Counted from the stretch's first letter, positions 1 through 10,315 are shown. The stretch is 64,000 nucleotides of DNA from Rhodothermales bacterium (GCA_041391505.1 JAWKNW010000006.1:192354-256353); one strand, 5' to 3'. Notes: generated by a model not told the origin, from the sequence alone. Made by a program: numbers and translations.

Positions 1-206
1 TACACGATGCCTCCAAAAGAGTCAATGCACTATACAATCTTCGCGGCCTGCCGGCGGTGGCGCTGGAGGGTTGTTTGGAGTACCTTCCCGGATAGACGCG
101 CCATACTCCCCATGTCATCTCGACCGAAATCGCCACGAGGTGGCGATGAAGCGGAGAGACGCTTGGGCAACTTTGGCGCTCCTACCCATCTTATCCCGAA
201 CTGCCC

Positions 207-941
207 ATGCGCCTCGAACGCCCGCTTTTGTTTTTCGATCTGGAGACCACCGGACTGGACGTCGAGAAGGATCGCATCGTTGAGATCGCCTGCATCAAGG
301 TGCATCCGGACAAACGCCAGGAGCGTTTTGAAACGTTTCTGAACCCGGAACGGCCCATTCCGCCCGAGGTCACCGAACTGACGGGCATCACCGACGAGAT
401 GGTGGCGGCGGCTCCGCTTTTCCGCGAGATCGCGGATACCCTCGGCGGGATGCTGCGGGACGCCGATCTCGCCGGCTACAACGCGATCAACTTCGACGTC
501 CCGATGCTTCAGGCGGAGTTCAAACGGGCCGGCGTGGTGATGCCGGCGCCGGCGGACCGCGCCGTGCTGGATCCGTTGACCATCCTCAAAAAATACGAGG
601 TGCGGACGCTCGGCTGGGCCCACGCGTTTTATCTCGGCCAGGAGATGCCCCGCGCCCACCGCTCGATGGACGACACCGAGGCGGCGATGACCATCCTCCG
701 GGAGCAGATCAAACGCTACCAGCTCACCGGCTCGCCGCGCGAACTGCAGGACGAACTCCGCAAACCCTACCTCGACGACGGCCAGCGCTTCAAACTCGAA
801 GGGGAGACGGTGATGATTACTTTCGGGAAATACCGGAATAAGGCGCTGTCCTTCGTGCGCAAGACCGATCCGGATTACCTCAAGTGGATGCGGGATACGA
901 TGGGGCCCGAGGTGGCGGCCATCCTGGATCAGTACCGGTAA
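207..941 (+). CDS. DEDDh-type 3'-5' exonuclease (DnaQ/epsilon-like) with a C-terminal DUF3820-like tail
   Basis: 244-aa ORF. Exo motifs FFDLETTGL (ExoI), YNAINFDVPML (ExoII) and HRSMDDTEA (ExoIII, H-x4-D). The C-terminal KYRNKALSFV..DPDYLKWM segment is typical of the tail fused to this exonuclease family. Confidence 0.85.
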   Translation: MRLERPLLFFDLETTGLDVEKDRIVEIACIKVHPDKRQERFETFLNPERPIPPEVTELTGITDEMVAAAPLFREIADTLGGMLRDADLAGYNAINFDVPMLQAEFKRAGVVMPAPADRAVLDPLTILKKYEVRTLGWAHAFYLGQEMPRAHRSMDDTEAAMTILREQIKRYQLTGSPRELQDELRKPYLDDGQRFKLEGETVMITFGKYRNKALSFVRKTDPDYLKWMRDTMGPEVAAILDQYR

Positions 942-976
942 TCGGGGACGCGATAGATGCAGTCCGCGGGTGGGCC

Positions 977-1489
977 TCAGTTCCGCATCCGCATCCGTTC
1001 GGCGCCGACGATCTCCGCGCCTTCGCGGCGGATGCGGATGATGTAGTCGTTGCGCATCACGTTGGAGAGGATGTTGATCCAGTCCGCTGGCAGGTAGGGG
1101 ATCATCTCGTTGTCGATGATCAGCAGGTCGGCGTTTTCGCAGATGTGCGTGAAGGCGGTGCTATGGCCTTCGAAGAGGATGACCGCGTGGCCGATCTGGA
1201 CGAAGCCTTCCAGGGTGCCGAGGAAGGGGATGCAGCGGTAGGGGTCGCTCTTGAGCGCGGTGAAATCGGTCATCCCGATCCCGACGATCAGCCACTGCTC
1301 GGTCGACGGCGCGATCGATTCGAGATGGGCCTGGAACGGACGCGGCAGGGCATCCCTGCCGGGCAGATTCGCGGACGTTTTGATACGCCGCTCGGGCGTG
1401 ATGAGCACGAGCCGGCGGTTAACCGGGTCGAAGGCCAGGTCACGGGCTTGCTGTACGACGCCATCGGCCAGGGGCTTGACCACCGGCAT
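977..1489 (-). CDS. hypothetical protein (170 aa, alpha/beta-like)
   Basis: C-terminal part of the 977..3085 ORF, starting at the ATG at 1489 (MPVVKPLADG...). The composition is protein-like, unlike the Arg/Pro-rich upstream part of that ORF. I recognise no motif. Alternating hydrophobic strands (WLIVGIG, HAVILFEGH, ADLLIIDNE) suggest a Rossmann-like fold. Confidence 0.5.
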   Translation of the reverse strand: MPVVKPLADGVVQQARDLAFDPVNRRLVLITPERRIKTSANLPGRDALPRPFQAHLESIAPSTEQWLIVGIGMTDFTALKSDPYRCIPFLGTLEGFVQIGHAVILFEGHSTAFTHICENADLLIIDNEMIPYLPADWINILSNVMRNDYIIRIRREGAEIVGAERMRMRN

Positions 1490-1644
1490 GCGCGGCGAAT
1501 AATCGATCGTAGTCAATGCGGCGCTCGGGAGATGATGCGGTTCGGGATCGGCAGATGCGCTGCAAAATACATGCGCGATCCCCCCGCGGCCGAGCGCCTT
1601 TTCGACGCGTAGTGCTGTCGCTTTTGGCGTATCGTGCGGCCGGG

Positions 1645-3759
1645 TCAGCCGGCCTTCGCCGCGGCCTCGCCGTTGGTGAGCCCCGCATGCCGCAACAGGG
1701 CGTGGGTGGACGGCTCGCGCCCCCGGAACGCCGTGAACACGGCCATCGGGTGCCGGCTTCCGCCGAGCGCCAGGATGGTGTCCCGGTAGGTGCGCCCCAG
1801 CCGGCGCACGGCCGCGTCGTCGTCCAGGCCGGCTTCCTCGAAGGCGGCGAAGGCGTCGGCGCTGAGCACCTCGGCCCACTTGTAGCTGTAGTAGCCGGCC
1901 GCGTACCCGCCGGCGAAGATGTGCGAGAAACTGCACAGGAAGCGGTCTTCCTCCAGCGGAGGAAGCACCGCGAGGTCCTTCGCGATGGTTTTGTATACGT
2001 CGAACGCGCTCTTGCCCTCGCCGGGATGATAGCGGTGGTGCAGCGTCATGTCGGTCGCTCCGAAAAGGAGCTGGCGGAGCATCACGGAGCCCGAGCGGAA
2101 GGTGCGCGCGGCGCAGAGTTTTTCGAACAGCGCGTCGGGCAGCGGCGCGCCGGTCTGGTAATGCGCCGTCATGCCGGTGAGGGTCGGCTTGTGGTAGCAC
2201 CAGTTCTCCATAAACTGGCTGGCCAGCTCGACCGCGTCCCACTCGACGCCGTTGATGCCGGCGACGTCGACGTAGTCCACCGTCGTCAGCATGCCCTGCA
2301 GGCCGTGTCCGAACTCGTGGAACAGGGTTTCGACTTCCCGGAAGCTCATCAGGGATGGGGTGTCGCCCACCGGCGGGGTGCCGTTGCAGCAGAGGTGCAC
2401 CACCGGCGTCCGCAGCTTTCCGTCGATCCACCGGCGATCGAGGCAGTTGTCCATCCACGCGCCGCCGCGTTTGTTTTCCGGGCGCGAGTAGGGGTCGAGG
2501 AAAAACGAGGCGACGACCTGGCCGGCTTCGTTCAGGACGTCGTAAAACCGCACGTCCTTGTGCCAGCGGTTCGGCTGGTTCGCCACTTCCCGCACGGTGA
2601 TGCCGAACAGGCGTTCGCAGACGCCGAAGAGGCCCTCCAGCACGCGTTCGAGGGGGAAATAGGGTCTCAGCTCTTCGTCGGTGAACTGAAAGCGCTGCTC
2701 CTGCAGCCGTTCGCTCCAGAACGCGAGGTCCCAGTGCGCCACCGGCTCCGTCTGACCGTTGGCTTTCGCGAGATCCCGCAACTCGTCCAGATCCTTTCGC
2801 GCATGGCGCAGGGAGGCGCCCTTCAGCTCGTCGAGCATCGTGAAGACGGCGTCGACGTCCGGGGCCATCTTGGCGTCGAGGCTGAGTTCGGCATAGGTGT
2901 CGAACCCGAGCAGGCGCGCCTTTTCCTGGCGGAGCGTGAGGATGCGCTCGATGATGCCGCGGTTGTCCAGCGGGCCGTCGGACGCGCGGGTGATGTAGGC
3001 GAGGTAGACCGTTTTCCGCTGATCCCGCCGGCGGCTGTGCTGCATGAACGGACCGAAGCTGGGGAAATCCAGCGTGATGCGCCACGGGCCCTTTTGGGCA
3101 TCGGGCTGGATGCCCTCGTCGGGCCGGGCCTGGGCGTAGGAGGCGGCGGCGAGGTGCTTGAGGCTGGCCGGCCAGCCGTCGGTGTCGGCCGCGTCGGTGA
3201 CGATCAGTTCAAACGCCTTGGTGGCGTCGAGCACGTGGTTGGAGAAGTCGGTCGTGAGCTTCGACAGCTCCTGCTCGATGGCCGTGAAGCGGGCCTTTGC
3301 GTCGCCTTCGAGGGCGACGCCGGCGTGGCGGGCCGACCGCAGGCGGAGTTCGACGACCCGCCGCTGTCCCTCGTCGAGCTTCGCCCATTCGGGGCCGGAT
3401 TGCAGCGCCGCGAGGCCTTCGTAGATCGGCGCGCTCTGCCGCATCCGCAGCGAGAGGGAGACGACCGCCGGCTGGACCTCCTCGTGCGCGGCGCGCAGTT
3501 CGGTCGAATTCATCACGTTGAGCAGGTGATGGATGGGCCCCCAGGCGTATTCGAAGGGCATTTCCAGCCGCTCCAGGGGAAGAATCAGGCCTTCCCAGGT
3601 CGGCTTATACGCATGTTCGAGCGCATCCAGCTCCTTTTCGAGCCGGTCGATGAGGCTGGTGATGGCCGGCACGACGTGCTCCGGCTTGATGGATTCGAAG
3701 GCGGGAAGCCCTTCGAACTGGAGAAGCGGGTTGGTGGCGGCGTCGGCTTGCGTGGCCAT
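1645..3759 (-). CDS. prlC: oligopeptidase A (M3 family zinc metallopeptidase)
   Basis: 704-aa ORF. The N-terminus NPLLQFEGLPAFESIKPEHVVPA is PrlC-like, and the HEFGHGLQ zinc-binding motif is present. Confidence 0.9.
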   Translation of the reverse strand: MATQADAATNPLLQFEGLPAFESIKPEHVVPAITSLIDRLEKELDALEHAYKPTWEGLILPLERLEMPFEYAWGPIHHLLNVMNSTELRAAHEEVQPAVVSLSLRMRQSAPIYEGLAALQSGPEWAKLDEGQRRVVELRLRSARHAGVALEGDAKARFTAIEQELSKLTTDFSNHVLDATKAFELIVTDAADTDGWPASLKHLAAASYAQARPDEGIQPDAQKGPWRITLDFPSFGPFMQHSRRRDQRKTVYLAYITRASDGPLDNRGIIERILTLRQEKARLLGFDTYAELSLDAKMAPDVDAVFTMLDELKGASLRHARKDLDELRDLAKANGQTEPVAHWDLAFWSERLQEQRFQFTDEELRPYFPLERVLEGLFGVCERLFGITVREVANQPNRWHKDVRFYDVLNEAGQVVASFFLDPYSRPENKRGGAWMDNCLDRRWIDGKLRTPVVHLCCNGTPPVGDTPSLMSFREVETLFHEFGHGLQGMLTTVDYVDVAGINGVEWDAVELASQFMENWCYHKPTLTGMTAHYQTGAPLPDALFEKLCAARTFRSGSVMLRQLLFGATDMTLHHRYHPGEGKSAFDVYKTIAKDLAVLPPLEEDRFLCSFSHIFAGGYAAGYYSYKWAEVLSADAFAAFEEAGLDDDAAVRRLGRTYRDTILALGGSRHPMAVFTAFRGREPSTHALLRHAGLTNGEAAAKAG

Positions 3760-3835
3760 AGGAACGGTTGCGTTTCGAAGTGAATGAAGTGGACCCGTCG
3801 AGAGGCAAACTTATAGCCGAAAACGCCGTGTTGTT

Positions 3836-4591
3836 TCAGCGATCCGCGAGATTGGCCGGCCCGAGCGCCCGCCGCACCTTCCGGATCTCGTCGGCGCTGG
3901 ATCCAGCGGCCGGCGGCACGCGAAAGGCAGCCAGCCCGAAGGGGATGGGTTCGCTCGCGCCGCCCGGCGCGCGGAACGTGCCGTGCACCTGCGTGCATCC
4001 GGTTTCGTCGACGAGCCGGCGCACGTTGGCGGCGTTAATCCCCGCCCCGGCCAGAACTTCGATGCGGGTGGCCGCGCGTTCGACGAGGCCGGCGAGCGCG
4101 GGGATGCCGGCGATGGCCGAGTCTGCCCCGCCGGACGTGAGCACGCGGCGCACGCCGAGGTCGACGAGCGTATCCAGGGCGGCGTCGAGCGACGGCGTGA
4201 TGTCGAAGGCCCGGTGGAAGACGACGTCCCGCTCGCCCGCTAATGCTGTTATTGCAAGAGTTAAATCGCGGTCGACGGCGCCTGAGGGGGAGAGGAAGCC
4301 GACCGCCAGGCCGGCGACGCCGGCGGCCAGCAGCGCCTCGGCATCGCGCCGGATGACGCGGGCCTCGGCCGGACTGTATACGAAATCGCCGGCGCGCGGC
4401 CGCACCATCGCGACCACCGGAAGCGGCGTCGCGGCCAGCACTTCGGCGACGAGACCCGGCGGCGGGGTCAGGCCGCCCAGCTCGAGCGCGGCGTTCAACT
4501 CCAGCCGATCCGCACCGGCCTCGTGCGCCGCCACGGCGCTCTCCACGCTGTCGACACAGACTTCGATGATAACAGGGGCGTTTCGGGGCAT
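3836..4591 (-). CDS. cutC: copper homeostasis protein CutC
   Basis: 251-aa ORF. IEVCVDSVESAVAAHEAGADRLELN at the N-terminus, then VMVRPRAGDFVY and RVLTSGG motifs of the CutC TIM-barrel family. Confidence 0.85.
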   Translation of the reverse strand: MPRNAPVIIEVCVDSVESAVAAHEAGADRLELNAALELGGLTPPPGLVAEVLAATPLPVVAMVRPRAGDFVYSPAEARVIRRDAEALLAAGVAGLAVGFLSPSGAVDRDLTLAITALAGERDVVFHRAFDITPSLDAALDTLVDLGVRRVLTSGGADSAIAGIPALAGLVERAATRIEVLAGAGINAANVRRLVDETGCTQVHGTFRAPGGASEPIPFGLAAFRVPPAAGSSADEIRKVRRALGPANLADR

Positions 4592-4740
4592 GGTTGGGAC
4601 TGAAGAGTGTGAAGCGGTGCGTACGTGCAGGGGTCCTGGGATGCGGGATACAAGATGCAGGATGTTTACCGAATAGAACGTAGTTTGATCGGGCTTGCGT
4701 AGATTACGGCGTTACAGCCAAGCAATCTATCCCGCTCATC

Positions 4741-7700
4741 ATGAACCGCACGACCCCAATCGCCCGCCTCCTCGGCTTGCTGACGCTCTCGATCGTTCTG
4801 GCGATGCCCGCCGGAGCCCAGGACACGCCGGCGGACACCTCAAAAAAAGCCAAAAAGGAGCTGCCGCTCGAAGCGGCGCGAACGATCGCCTTCTCCACCG
4901 ACGAAGGGACCTGGATGTCGGTCGATGTGAGTCCGGACGGCCAGACGATCCTGTTCGATCTGCTCGGCGATCTCTACACGATCCCCATCGCCGGCGGCAA
5001 GGCGACCCCCGTCACGCAGGGCATGGCCTTCGACGGGCAGCCGCGCTACAGTCCGGACGGCAACCGGATCCTGTTTACATCGGATCGCAGCGGAGGGGAC
5101 AACCTCTGGTACATCGACCTCGCGACGAAGGATACGGTCCAGATCACGAAGGGGAATGGCTCGATCTATCTGTCGCCCGACTGGACGCCGGACGGCGCCT
5201 ATGTCGTGGCCTCGCGCGGCGAGAGCCGGCTCGGCGTGGTCAAGCTCTGGATGGGACATATCGACGGGGGGACGGGGAAGATCCTGATCGATAAGCCGGA
5301 AACGCTCAAGACGGTCGGGGCCGCCGTCACGCCGGATGGACGCTACATCTGGTACGCCTCGCGCACGGGCAACTGGCAATACAACGCCGCCTTCCCCCAG
5401 TATCAACTGGGCGTGTACGACCGGGAGACGGGCAAGACGTTCGCCCGCACCTCGCGGTATGGCTCTGCCATCCGCCCGACGCTGTCGCCGGACGGAAAAT
5501 GGCTGGTGTACGGCACGCGCCATGAGGACCAGACCGGATTGCGTCTCCGCGAACTCGCGACGGGTGAGGAGCGCTGGCTCGCGTATCCCGTCCAGCGGGA
5601 CGACCAGGAATCTATCGGCGACCGCGACGCGCTGCCCGGAATGGCGTTTACGCCGGATTCGCGCGAACTGGTCGCTTCGTATGGCGGCAAGCTGTGGCGG
5701 ATCCCGGTGGCCGGCGGCCGGCCGATTGCCGTGCCGTTCGAGGTCGATGTCGCCGCCGGCGTCGGCCCACGGCTGGCGTTCGATTACCGGATCGTCGACG
5801 AGCCGACCTTCACGGTGCGCCAGATCCAGAACGCAGCGCCCTCGCCCGACGGCGCGCGGCTCGCATTCGGCGCGCTCGACCGGCTGTATGTGGCAGCGTA
5901 TCCCGGCGGGACGCCGGCTCGCCTCACGAACGCGGCCTTTATCGAAGCGCAGCCCGCGTGGTCGCCGGACGGCCGCTGGATCGCCTATGTGTCGTGGGAG
6001 GGCATGGGAGGCCATGTGTACAAGATGCGCGCGGACGGGCAGGGGCAGCCGGTGAAGCTGACGCGCGTGCCGGCGGTCTATCAGGAGCCGGCGTGGTCGC
6101 CCGATGGCAAACGGATCGTCGTGGTGAGCGGCCCGGCCCACGCGTATGTCGAGTCGAACGATCCGGTAACGCCGCAGGCATCCACCGACCTGGCGTGGGT
6201 GCCGGCGGAGGGCGGCGACGTCACGTTTATCGCGCCGGCGGACGGGCGCAGCCACCCGCACTTCGTCTCCGGGTCGGATCGCATCTACCTCCACCACGAC
6301 GCGCGGGGCCTCGTTTCGATCCGGTGGGACGGGACCGACGAAAAAGCGCACGTCAAGGTGACCGGCAACACGCGACCGGGCGCCAAGGAGCCCAACGCGG
6401 CTTCGATGACCCTGATGGCTCCCGCCGGCGATCGCGCCCTGGCGCAGGTCAACAACGACCTCTACGTCGTCACCGTCCCGATGCTGGGCGGCGAGACGCC
6501 GGCTATCTCCGTCGCCTCGCCGGAAAGCGCGTTGTTTCCGGTGCGCAAGCTGACGGATATCGGCGGCCAGTTCCCGGTCTGGAGCGCCGATGGCCGCGCG
6601 GTGCACTGGTCCATCGGCAACGCGCACGTCGTGTACGATCTCGACCGCGCGAAGGCCGTGGAGGACAGCCTGGCGGCGGCCAAAAAGGCGGGTCTGCCCG
6701 CAGATACCTCGGCGACGGCCATCAAGGCGTACAAGCCGGCGGAGGCGCGGGTACTCATCCAGGCGCCGCGTGATATCCCGCAGGGCGTCGCGCTCCTTCG
6801 CGGCGCGCGTGTCGTGACCATGCGCGGCGATGAGGTCATCGAAAACGGCGAGGTCCTCATCCGCAACAACCGCATCGCCGGCGTGGGGCCCGCCGGAAGC
6901 CAGCAGGCGCCGGCCGATGCGCGGGTGATCGATCTGGCCGGCAAAACGATCGTGCCCGGTTTCGTCGACACCCACGCGCACATGTGGCCCACCTGGGGGA
7001 TCCATAAACCCGAGGTGTGGATGTACCTGGCCAACCTCGCCTACGGCGTGACCACGACCCGCGACCCGCAGACGTCGAGCACCGACGTGCTGACCTACGG
7101 CGATCTCGTGACCGCCAACACGATCCTGGGGCCTCGCATCTATTCCACGGGCCCGGGCGTGTTCGGCGATTATGTGGAGGATCCGATTCGGGACCTCGAT
7201 CATGCCCGCAGCGTGCTCAAGCGCTACAGCGACTACTACGACACGAAGACGATCAAGATGTACATGGCCGGCAACCGCCAGCAGCGGCAATGGCTCGTCA
7301 TGGCGGCGAAGGAGCAGGGTCTGATGCCCACGACCGAGGGTGGCCTGATGCTCAAGTACAACCTGACGATGATGATCGACGGCTACCCGGGCCAGGAGCA
7401 CTCGTTTCCGATCTATCCGATCTACAAGGATGTCGTTCAGTTGACGGCGCAGACCGGGATCACGTATACGCCCACGCTGCTGGTGACGTACGGCGGACCG
7501 TTTGGCGAAAACTACTATTACGCCCTCGAACACCCGCATGACGATGCCAAGCTACGCCGGTTCACGCCCCATGAGGTGATCGATGCCTCCACGCGCCGGC
7601 GGAACGCCGGCTGGTTCATGGCGGAAGAATTCGCCTTCCCCGAACACGCCGCCGGGGCGAAGGCGATCGTGGAAGCGGGGGGCCGCGTCGGGATCGGGAG

Positions 7701-8046
7701 CCACGGCCAGTTGCAAGGGCTGGGATACCACTGGGAGCTGTGGTCGGTGCAGTCCGGCGGCATGCGCGAGCACGACGCGCTGCGGGTCGCCACCCTCTAC
7801 GGGGCCGAGGCGATCGGGCTGGGGAAAGACCTGGGGTCGATCGAGGCCGGCAAGCTGGCCGATCTGGTCGTGCTCGACGCCAACCCGCTCGACGACATCC
7901 GGAATTCCAACACCGTCCGGATGGTGATGAAAAACGGCCGGCTCTACGACGGCGATACGCTCGACGAGGTCTGGCCGAATGCCCACACCCAGCCCGCTCC
8001 GTTCCAGGACGACCCGCCGGCCGGCCTCGAAGCGGGCAGCAGGTGA
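4741..8046 (+). CDS. secreted TolB-like beta-propeller (PD40 repeats) fused to an amidohydrolase domain
   Basis: 1101-aa ORF. Signal peptide LLTLSIVLAMPAGAQD. Many (Y/W)SPDG PD40-type repeats. C-terminal amidohydrolase with the PGFVDTHAH metal-binding motif. Confidence 0.85.
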   Translation: MNRTTPIARLLGLLTLSIVLAMPAGAQDTPADTSKKAKKELPLEAARTIAFSTDEGTWMSVDVSPDGQTILFDLLGDLYTIPIAGGKATPVTQGMAFDGQPRYSPDGNRILFTSDRSGGDNLWYIDLATKDTVQITKGNGSIYLSPDWTPDGAYVVASRGESRLGVVKLWMGHIDGGTGKILIDKPETLKTVGAAVTPDGRYIWYASRTGNWQYNAAFPQYQLGVYDRETGKTFARTSRYGSAIRPTLSPDGKWLVYGTRHEDQTGLRLRELATGEERWLAYPVQRDDQESIGDRDALPGMAFTPDSRELVASYGGKLWRIPVAGGRPIAVPFEVDVAAGVGPRLAFDYRIVDEPTFTVRQIQNAAPSPDGARLAFGALDRLYVAAYPGGTPARLTNAAFIEAQPAWSPDGRWIAYVSWEGMGGHVYKMRADGQGQPVKLTRVPAVYQEPAWSPDGKRIVVVSGPAHAYVESNDPVTPQASTDLAWVPAEGGDVTFIAPADGRSHPHFVSGSDRIYLHHDARGLVSIRWDGTDEKAHVKVTGNTRPGAKEPNAASMTLMAPAGDRALAQVNNDLYVVTVPMLGGETPAISVASPESALFPVRKLTDIGGQFPVWSADGRAVHWSIGNAHVVYDLDRAKAVEDSLAAAKKAGLPADTSATAIKAYKPAEARVLIQAPRDIPQGVALLRGARVVTMRGDEVIENGEVLIRNNRIAGVGPAGSQQAPADARVIDLAGKTIVPGFVDTHAHMWPTWGIHKPEVWMYLANLAYGVTTTRDPQTSSTDVLTYGDLVTANTILGPRIYSTGPGVFGDYVEDPIRDLDHARSVLKRYSDYYDTKTIKMYMAGNRQQRQWLVMAAKEQGLMPTTEGGLMLKYNLTMMIDGYPGQEHSFPIYPIYKDVVQLTAQTGITYTPTLLVTYGGPFGENYYYALEHPHDDAKLRRFTPHEVIDASTRRRNAGWFMAEEFAFPEHAAGAKAIVEAGGRVGIGSHGQLQGLGYHWELWSVQSGGMREHDALRVATLYGAEAIGLGKDLGSIEAGKLADLVVLDANPLDDIRNSNTVRMVMKNGRLYDGDTLDEVWPNAHTQPAPFQDDPPAGLEAGSR

Positions 8047-8069
8047 GGCGGTTTGAGGTTCGAGGTTCA

Positions 8070-8113
8070 AGGTTCGAGGTTTAAGGAGTGTGTAGCCCTT
8101 GAACCTTGAACCT
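8070..8113. terminator. 17-bp hairpin between convergent genes (candidate bidirectional terminator, no clean T-tract)
   Basis: AGGTTCGAGGTTTAAGG (8070-8086) pairs with CCTTGAACCTTGAACCT (8097-8113) across a 10-nt loop, with two G-T wobbles. It lies between the stop at 8046 (+) and the stop at 8150 (-). Confidence 0.5.
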
Positions 8114-8149
8114 CACCCCTTAAACCTTAAACCTCACCCCTTGAACCCC

Positions 8150-10213
8150 TTACCCCTTACCGTTGCGCTTTCGCGCGCGGCGCGCGGCGTACACGAGGGT
8201 TCCGGCGAGCAGGCCGGCGCCGGCGAGCAGCCCGAACACCCAGGCCCAGGTGCCGTCCGGTAGATGGCCCCCGCGTGTGAGTTCGTACCCCAGGTTTTCC
8301 TCGACGCGCTCCACGTTGCGCAGGTAGCCGGCGACGCCGTCGGCCGGCACGGCGTCGGTTTTGGTCTGGAGGGTATGGGTGATCGTGACCACGTTGTCGC
8401 GGTAGCCGATGCGGTGCGTGTACCGGAACGCCGGGTCGTCGACGACGGCCTCGTCCGGCTCGATGGGCCAGGGTTCGGGCAGCAGGACGCGGGTTGTTTG
8501 CGAGGTGAACACGGGATGCGAGATCCCGAACGGCATGGTGCGGATGCGCGACGCCGGTTTTTCGAGCAACGCGCTGAACTCGAGCGGATAGAAGAAGGCC
8601 GAGCGGTGGCCAAGCCCCTCTTCGTCGGTCCACAGCGAGTCGATGGTATAGCGTTCGGTGAGCCGGACGATGTTCGTGGTCTCGTCATCTTCCAACTGCA
8701 TCTCGCCGGCGCTGCGGATGTGCGGGTAGAGATCGGCGTAATAATTCAGGTAGTCGCGTTCGAGCTCCTGGCGGCTCTGCTCGGCGAACAGGTTGCGCAT
8801 GTAGTCGGCGCTTTCGCCGCGGAAGGTCGACCGGATCGTGTACATTGCCGGCCGATCCAGTCCCTGGCGCAGGTCGAACTCTTCGCTGATATCGTCGAGC
8901 GGCTCCTCGGAGACGGGCGGGTTCATCCGGGTCAGGGCGGTCGCGCCGGGCTCGAGGACGAGCACCTGGTCGTAATCCGGCTGAAAAACCGCGTCGGCGG
9001 TGCCTCGCTGGAGGGTGCTGGTGGGGTCGTACCAGAACGTGGTGTCGTTGAGCGTGGCGCGTACGATGGCGTGGTCGAACAGGCCGGCCGCCGGTAGCCA
9101 TCCATCCATTTCTTTTGCGTCGATGGTGTTCACGAGCACCGGATGGGCCTCGATGCCCAGTTCGCGGAGCATGGCGACGAGGAGGAGCGACTTGTCCTTG
9201 CAGTCCCCGAAACGTTTCTGGATCACCTCGGCCGGCGAGCGGGGCTCATGGGAGTTGACGCCGATCTCGATACCCATGTAGCGGATCTCGTCCTGCGCGA
9301 ACCGCAGCGCCGCGGCCATGCGTTCCTTCGGCGACGGGTAGCGGTCGCGGATGCGATCCACCTCCCGGCGCAGCGCCTCAGAGGGTTTATCCACCCGGTC
9401 GAAAAGCGATAAGCCCCAGCTGGCTACGGCTTCCCAGCTCTCCCATTCGCTGAGCTGGATCCACGGATACGGGTTGTACCAGTACGGTAACTGGTCGTCG
9501 ACGACCAGCGCCGGCACGTCCGTCATGCGCCAGCGGTATTCTTTCGATCCTCCGTTCAACGTGATCTGGGGTTCGACCTGCGCGCCGAGGCTGCGGATGT
9601 GCAGCGGCCTGTCGGCCGGCCAGAGCAGGCGGTATGTGACCTCCTTGACGGGAATCCCGAATTGGGTCGTGAATCCGCTCGAGTACATCCCCTCGAAGAT
9701 GGGGTTGTCACCGCTCGTGGTGTAGGCGTACTCCACGATGTCGCCGGCCTGGACGTCTTCCAGAATGATGGAGGCCGTCAACGTGCCGTCGAAGATCAGG
9801 TATTCGAGCTCGGTCTCGCGCTGCAGGATGCTCACACTCTTCGGATCGAGCCGGTCGATCGTCTGTCCGTTCCGCCGGATGCGGACGAAATGCAGCGTCA
9901 ACGCCTGGTACGTCGGGTCAAACTCGATCGCGATCTGCGATCCGTTCTGGATGCCCTGCGTGTTGACGATGGCATACGCCGTGTGCTCGAAGACATCGAG
10001 CTGCCGGCCCTCGACGCGGTCCTGCTCGTCGAGACGGAGGTAATACAGACCGTCGCTGATTTCGTTGACGGGGATCGGATCGGGATCCGGCAGCGGGGCG
10101 ATATCTACCCACGCCGGCACGTCGGCGATGCGGTAGGGCGGCGACTGCGCCGAGGCGGTCGCGGCCAGAAGGAGGAGAAGAAAATACGGAAGCGTCCGTC
10201 GTACGATGCGCAT
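8150..10213 (-). CDS. DUF3857-like N-terminal domain + transglutaminase-like cysteine protease domain protein, C-terminally membrane anchored
   Basis: 687-aa ORF. Signal peptide LLLLLAATASAQS. Transglutaminase-core motif FGDCKDKSLLLVAMLRELGI. C-terminal TM WAWVFGLLAGAGLLAGTLVYAA followed by RRARKR. Confidence 0.8.
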   Translation of the reverse strand: MRIVRRTLPYFLLLLLAATASAQSPPYRIADVPAWVDIAPLPDPDPIPVNEISDGLYYLRLDEQDRVEGRQLDVFEHTAYAIVNTQGIQNGSQIAIEFDPTYQALTLHFVRIRRNGQTIDRLDPKSVSILQRETELEYLIFDGTLTASIILEDVQAGDIVEYAYTTSGDNPIFEGMYSSGFTTQFGIPVKEVTYRLLWPADRPLHIRSLGAQVEPQITLNGGSKEYRWRMTDVPALVVDDQLPYWYNPYPWIQLSEWESWEAVASWGLSLFDRVDKPSEALRREVDRIRDRYPSPKERMAAALRFAQDEIRYMGIEIGVNSHEPRSPAEVIQKRFGDCKDKSLLLVAMLRELGIEAHPVLVNTIDAKEMDGWLPAAGLFDHAIVRATLNDTTFWYDPTSTLQRGTADAVFQPDYDQVLVLEPGATALTRMNPPVSEEPLDDISEEFDLRQGLDRPAMYTIRSTFRGESADYMRNLFAEQSRQELERDYLNYYADLYPHIRSAGEMQLEDDETTNIVRLTERYTIDSLWTDEEGLGHRSAFFYPLEFSALLEKPASRIRTMPFGISHPVFTSQTTRVLLPEPWPIEPDEAVVDDPAFRYTHRIGYRDNVVTITHTLQTKTDAVPADGVAGYLRNVERVEENLGYELTRGGHLPDGTWAWVFGLLAGAGLLAGTLVYAARRARKRNGKG

Positions 10214-10315
10214 GCAAATACGTTGGCGTGAAAGGGTCGCGGCGGAAAGGCGGCGTGGAATATACGTACAGTCGCAACACCCGCCGATGCCGCAGGAAAG
10301 CGCCTGGTGTGCGAG

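Noticed and set aside
1-206. Small ORFs at the left edge (7-342 +, 71-283 +, 30-659 -)
   Set aside because: They overlap one another and the well-supported exonuclease gene. They have no motifs and an atypical composition. The region is treated as intergenic or an upstream untranslated region.
1516-3783. 755-aa plus-strand ORF, and similar very long ORFs at 4840-7539 (-), 13232-14710 (-), 14997-16646 (-), 18039-20510 (-), 28323-30131 (-), 31706-34927 (+), 43077-44876 (-), 45264-47549 (-) and 56055-57965 (- upstream part)
   Set aside because: Each is antisense to, or out of frame with, a gene that has clear family motifs. Their translations are Arg/Gly/Pro/Ala-rich low-complexity strings with no recognisable motifs. 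That is the expected stop-codon-poor artefact of a genome near 65% GC.
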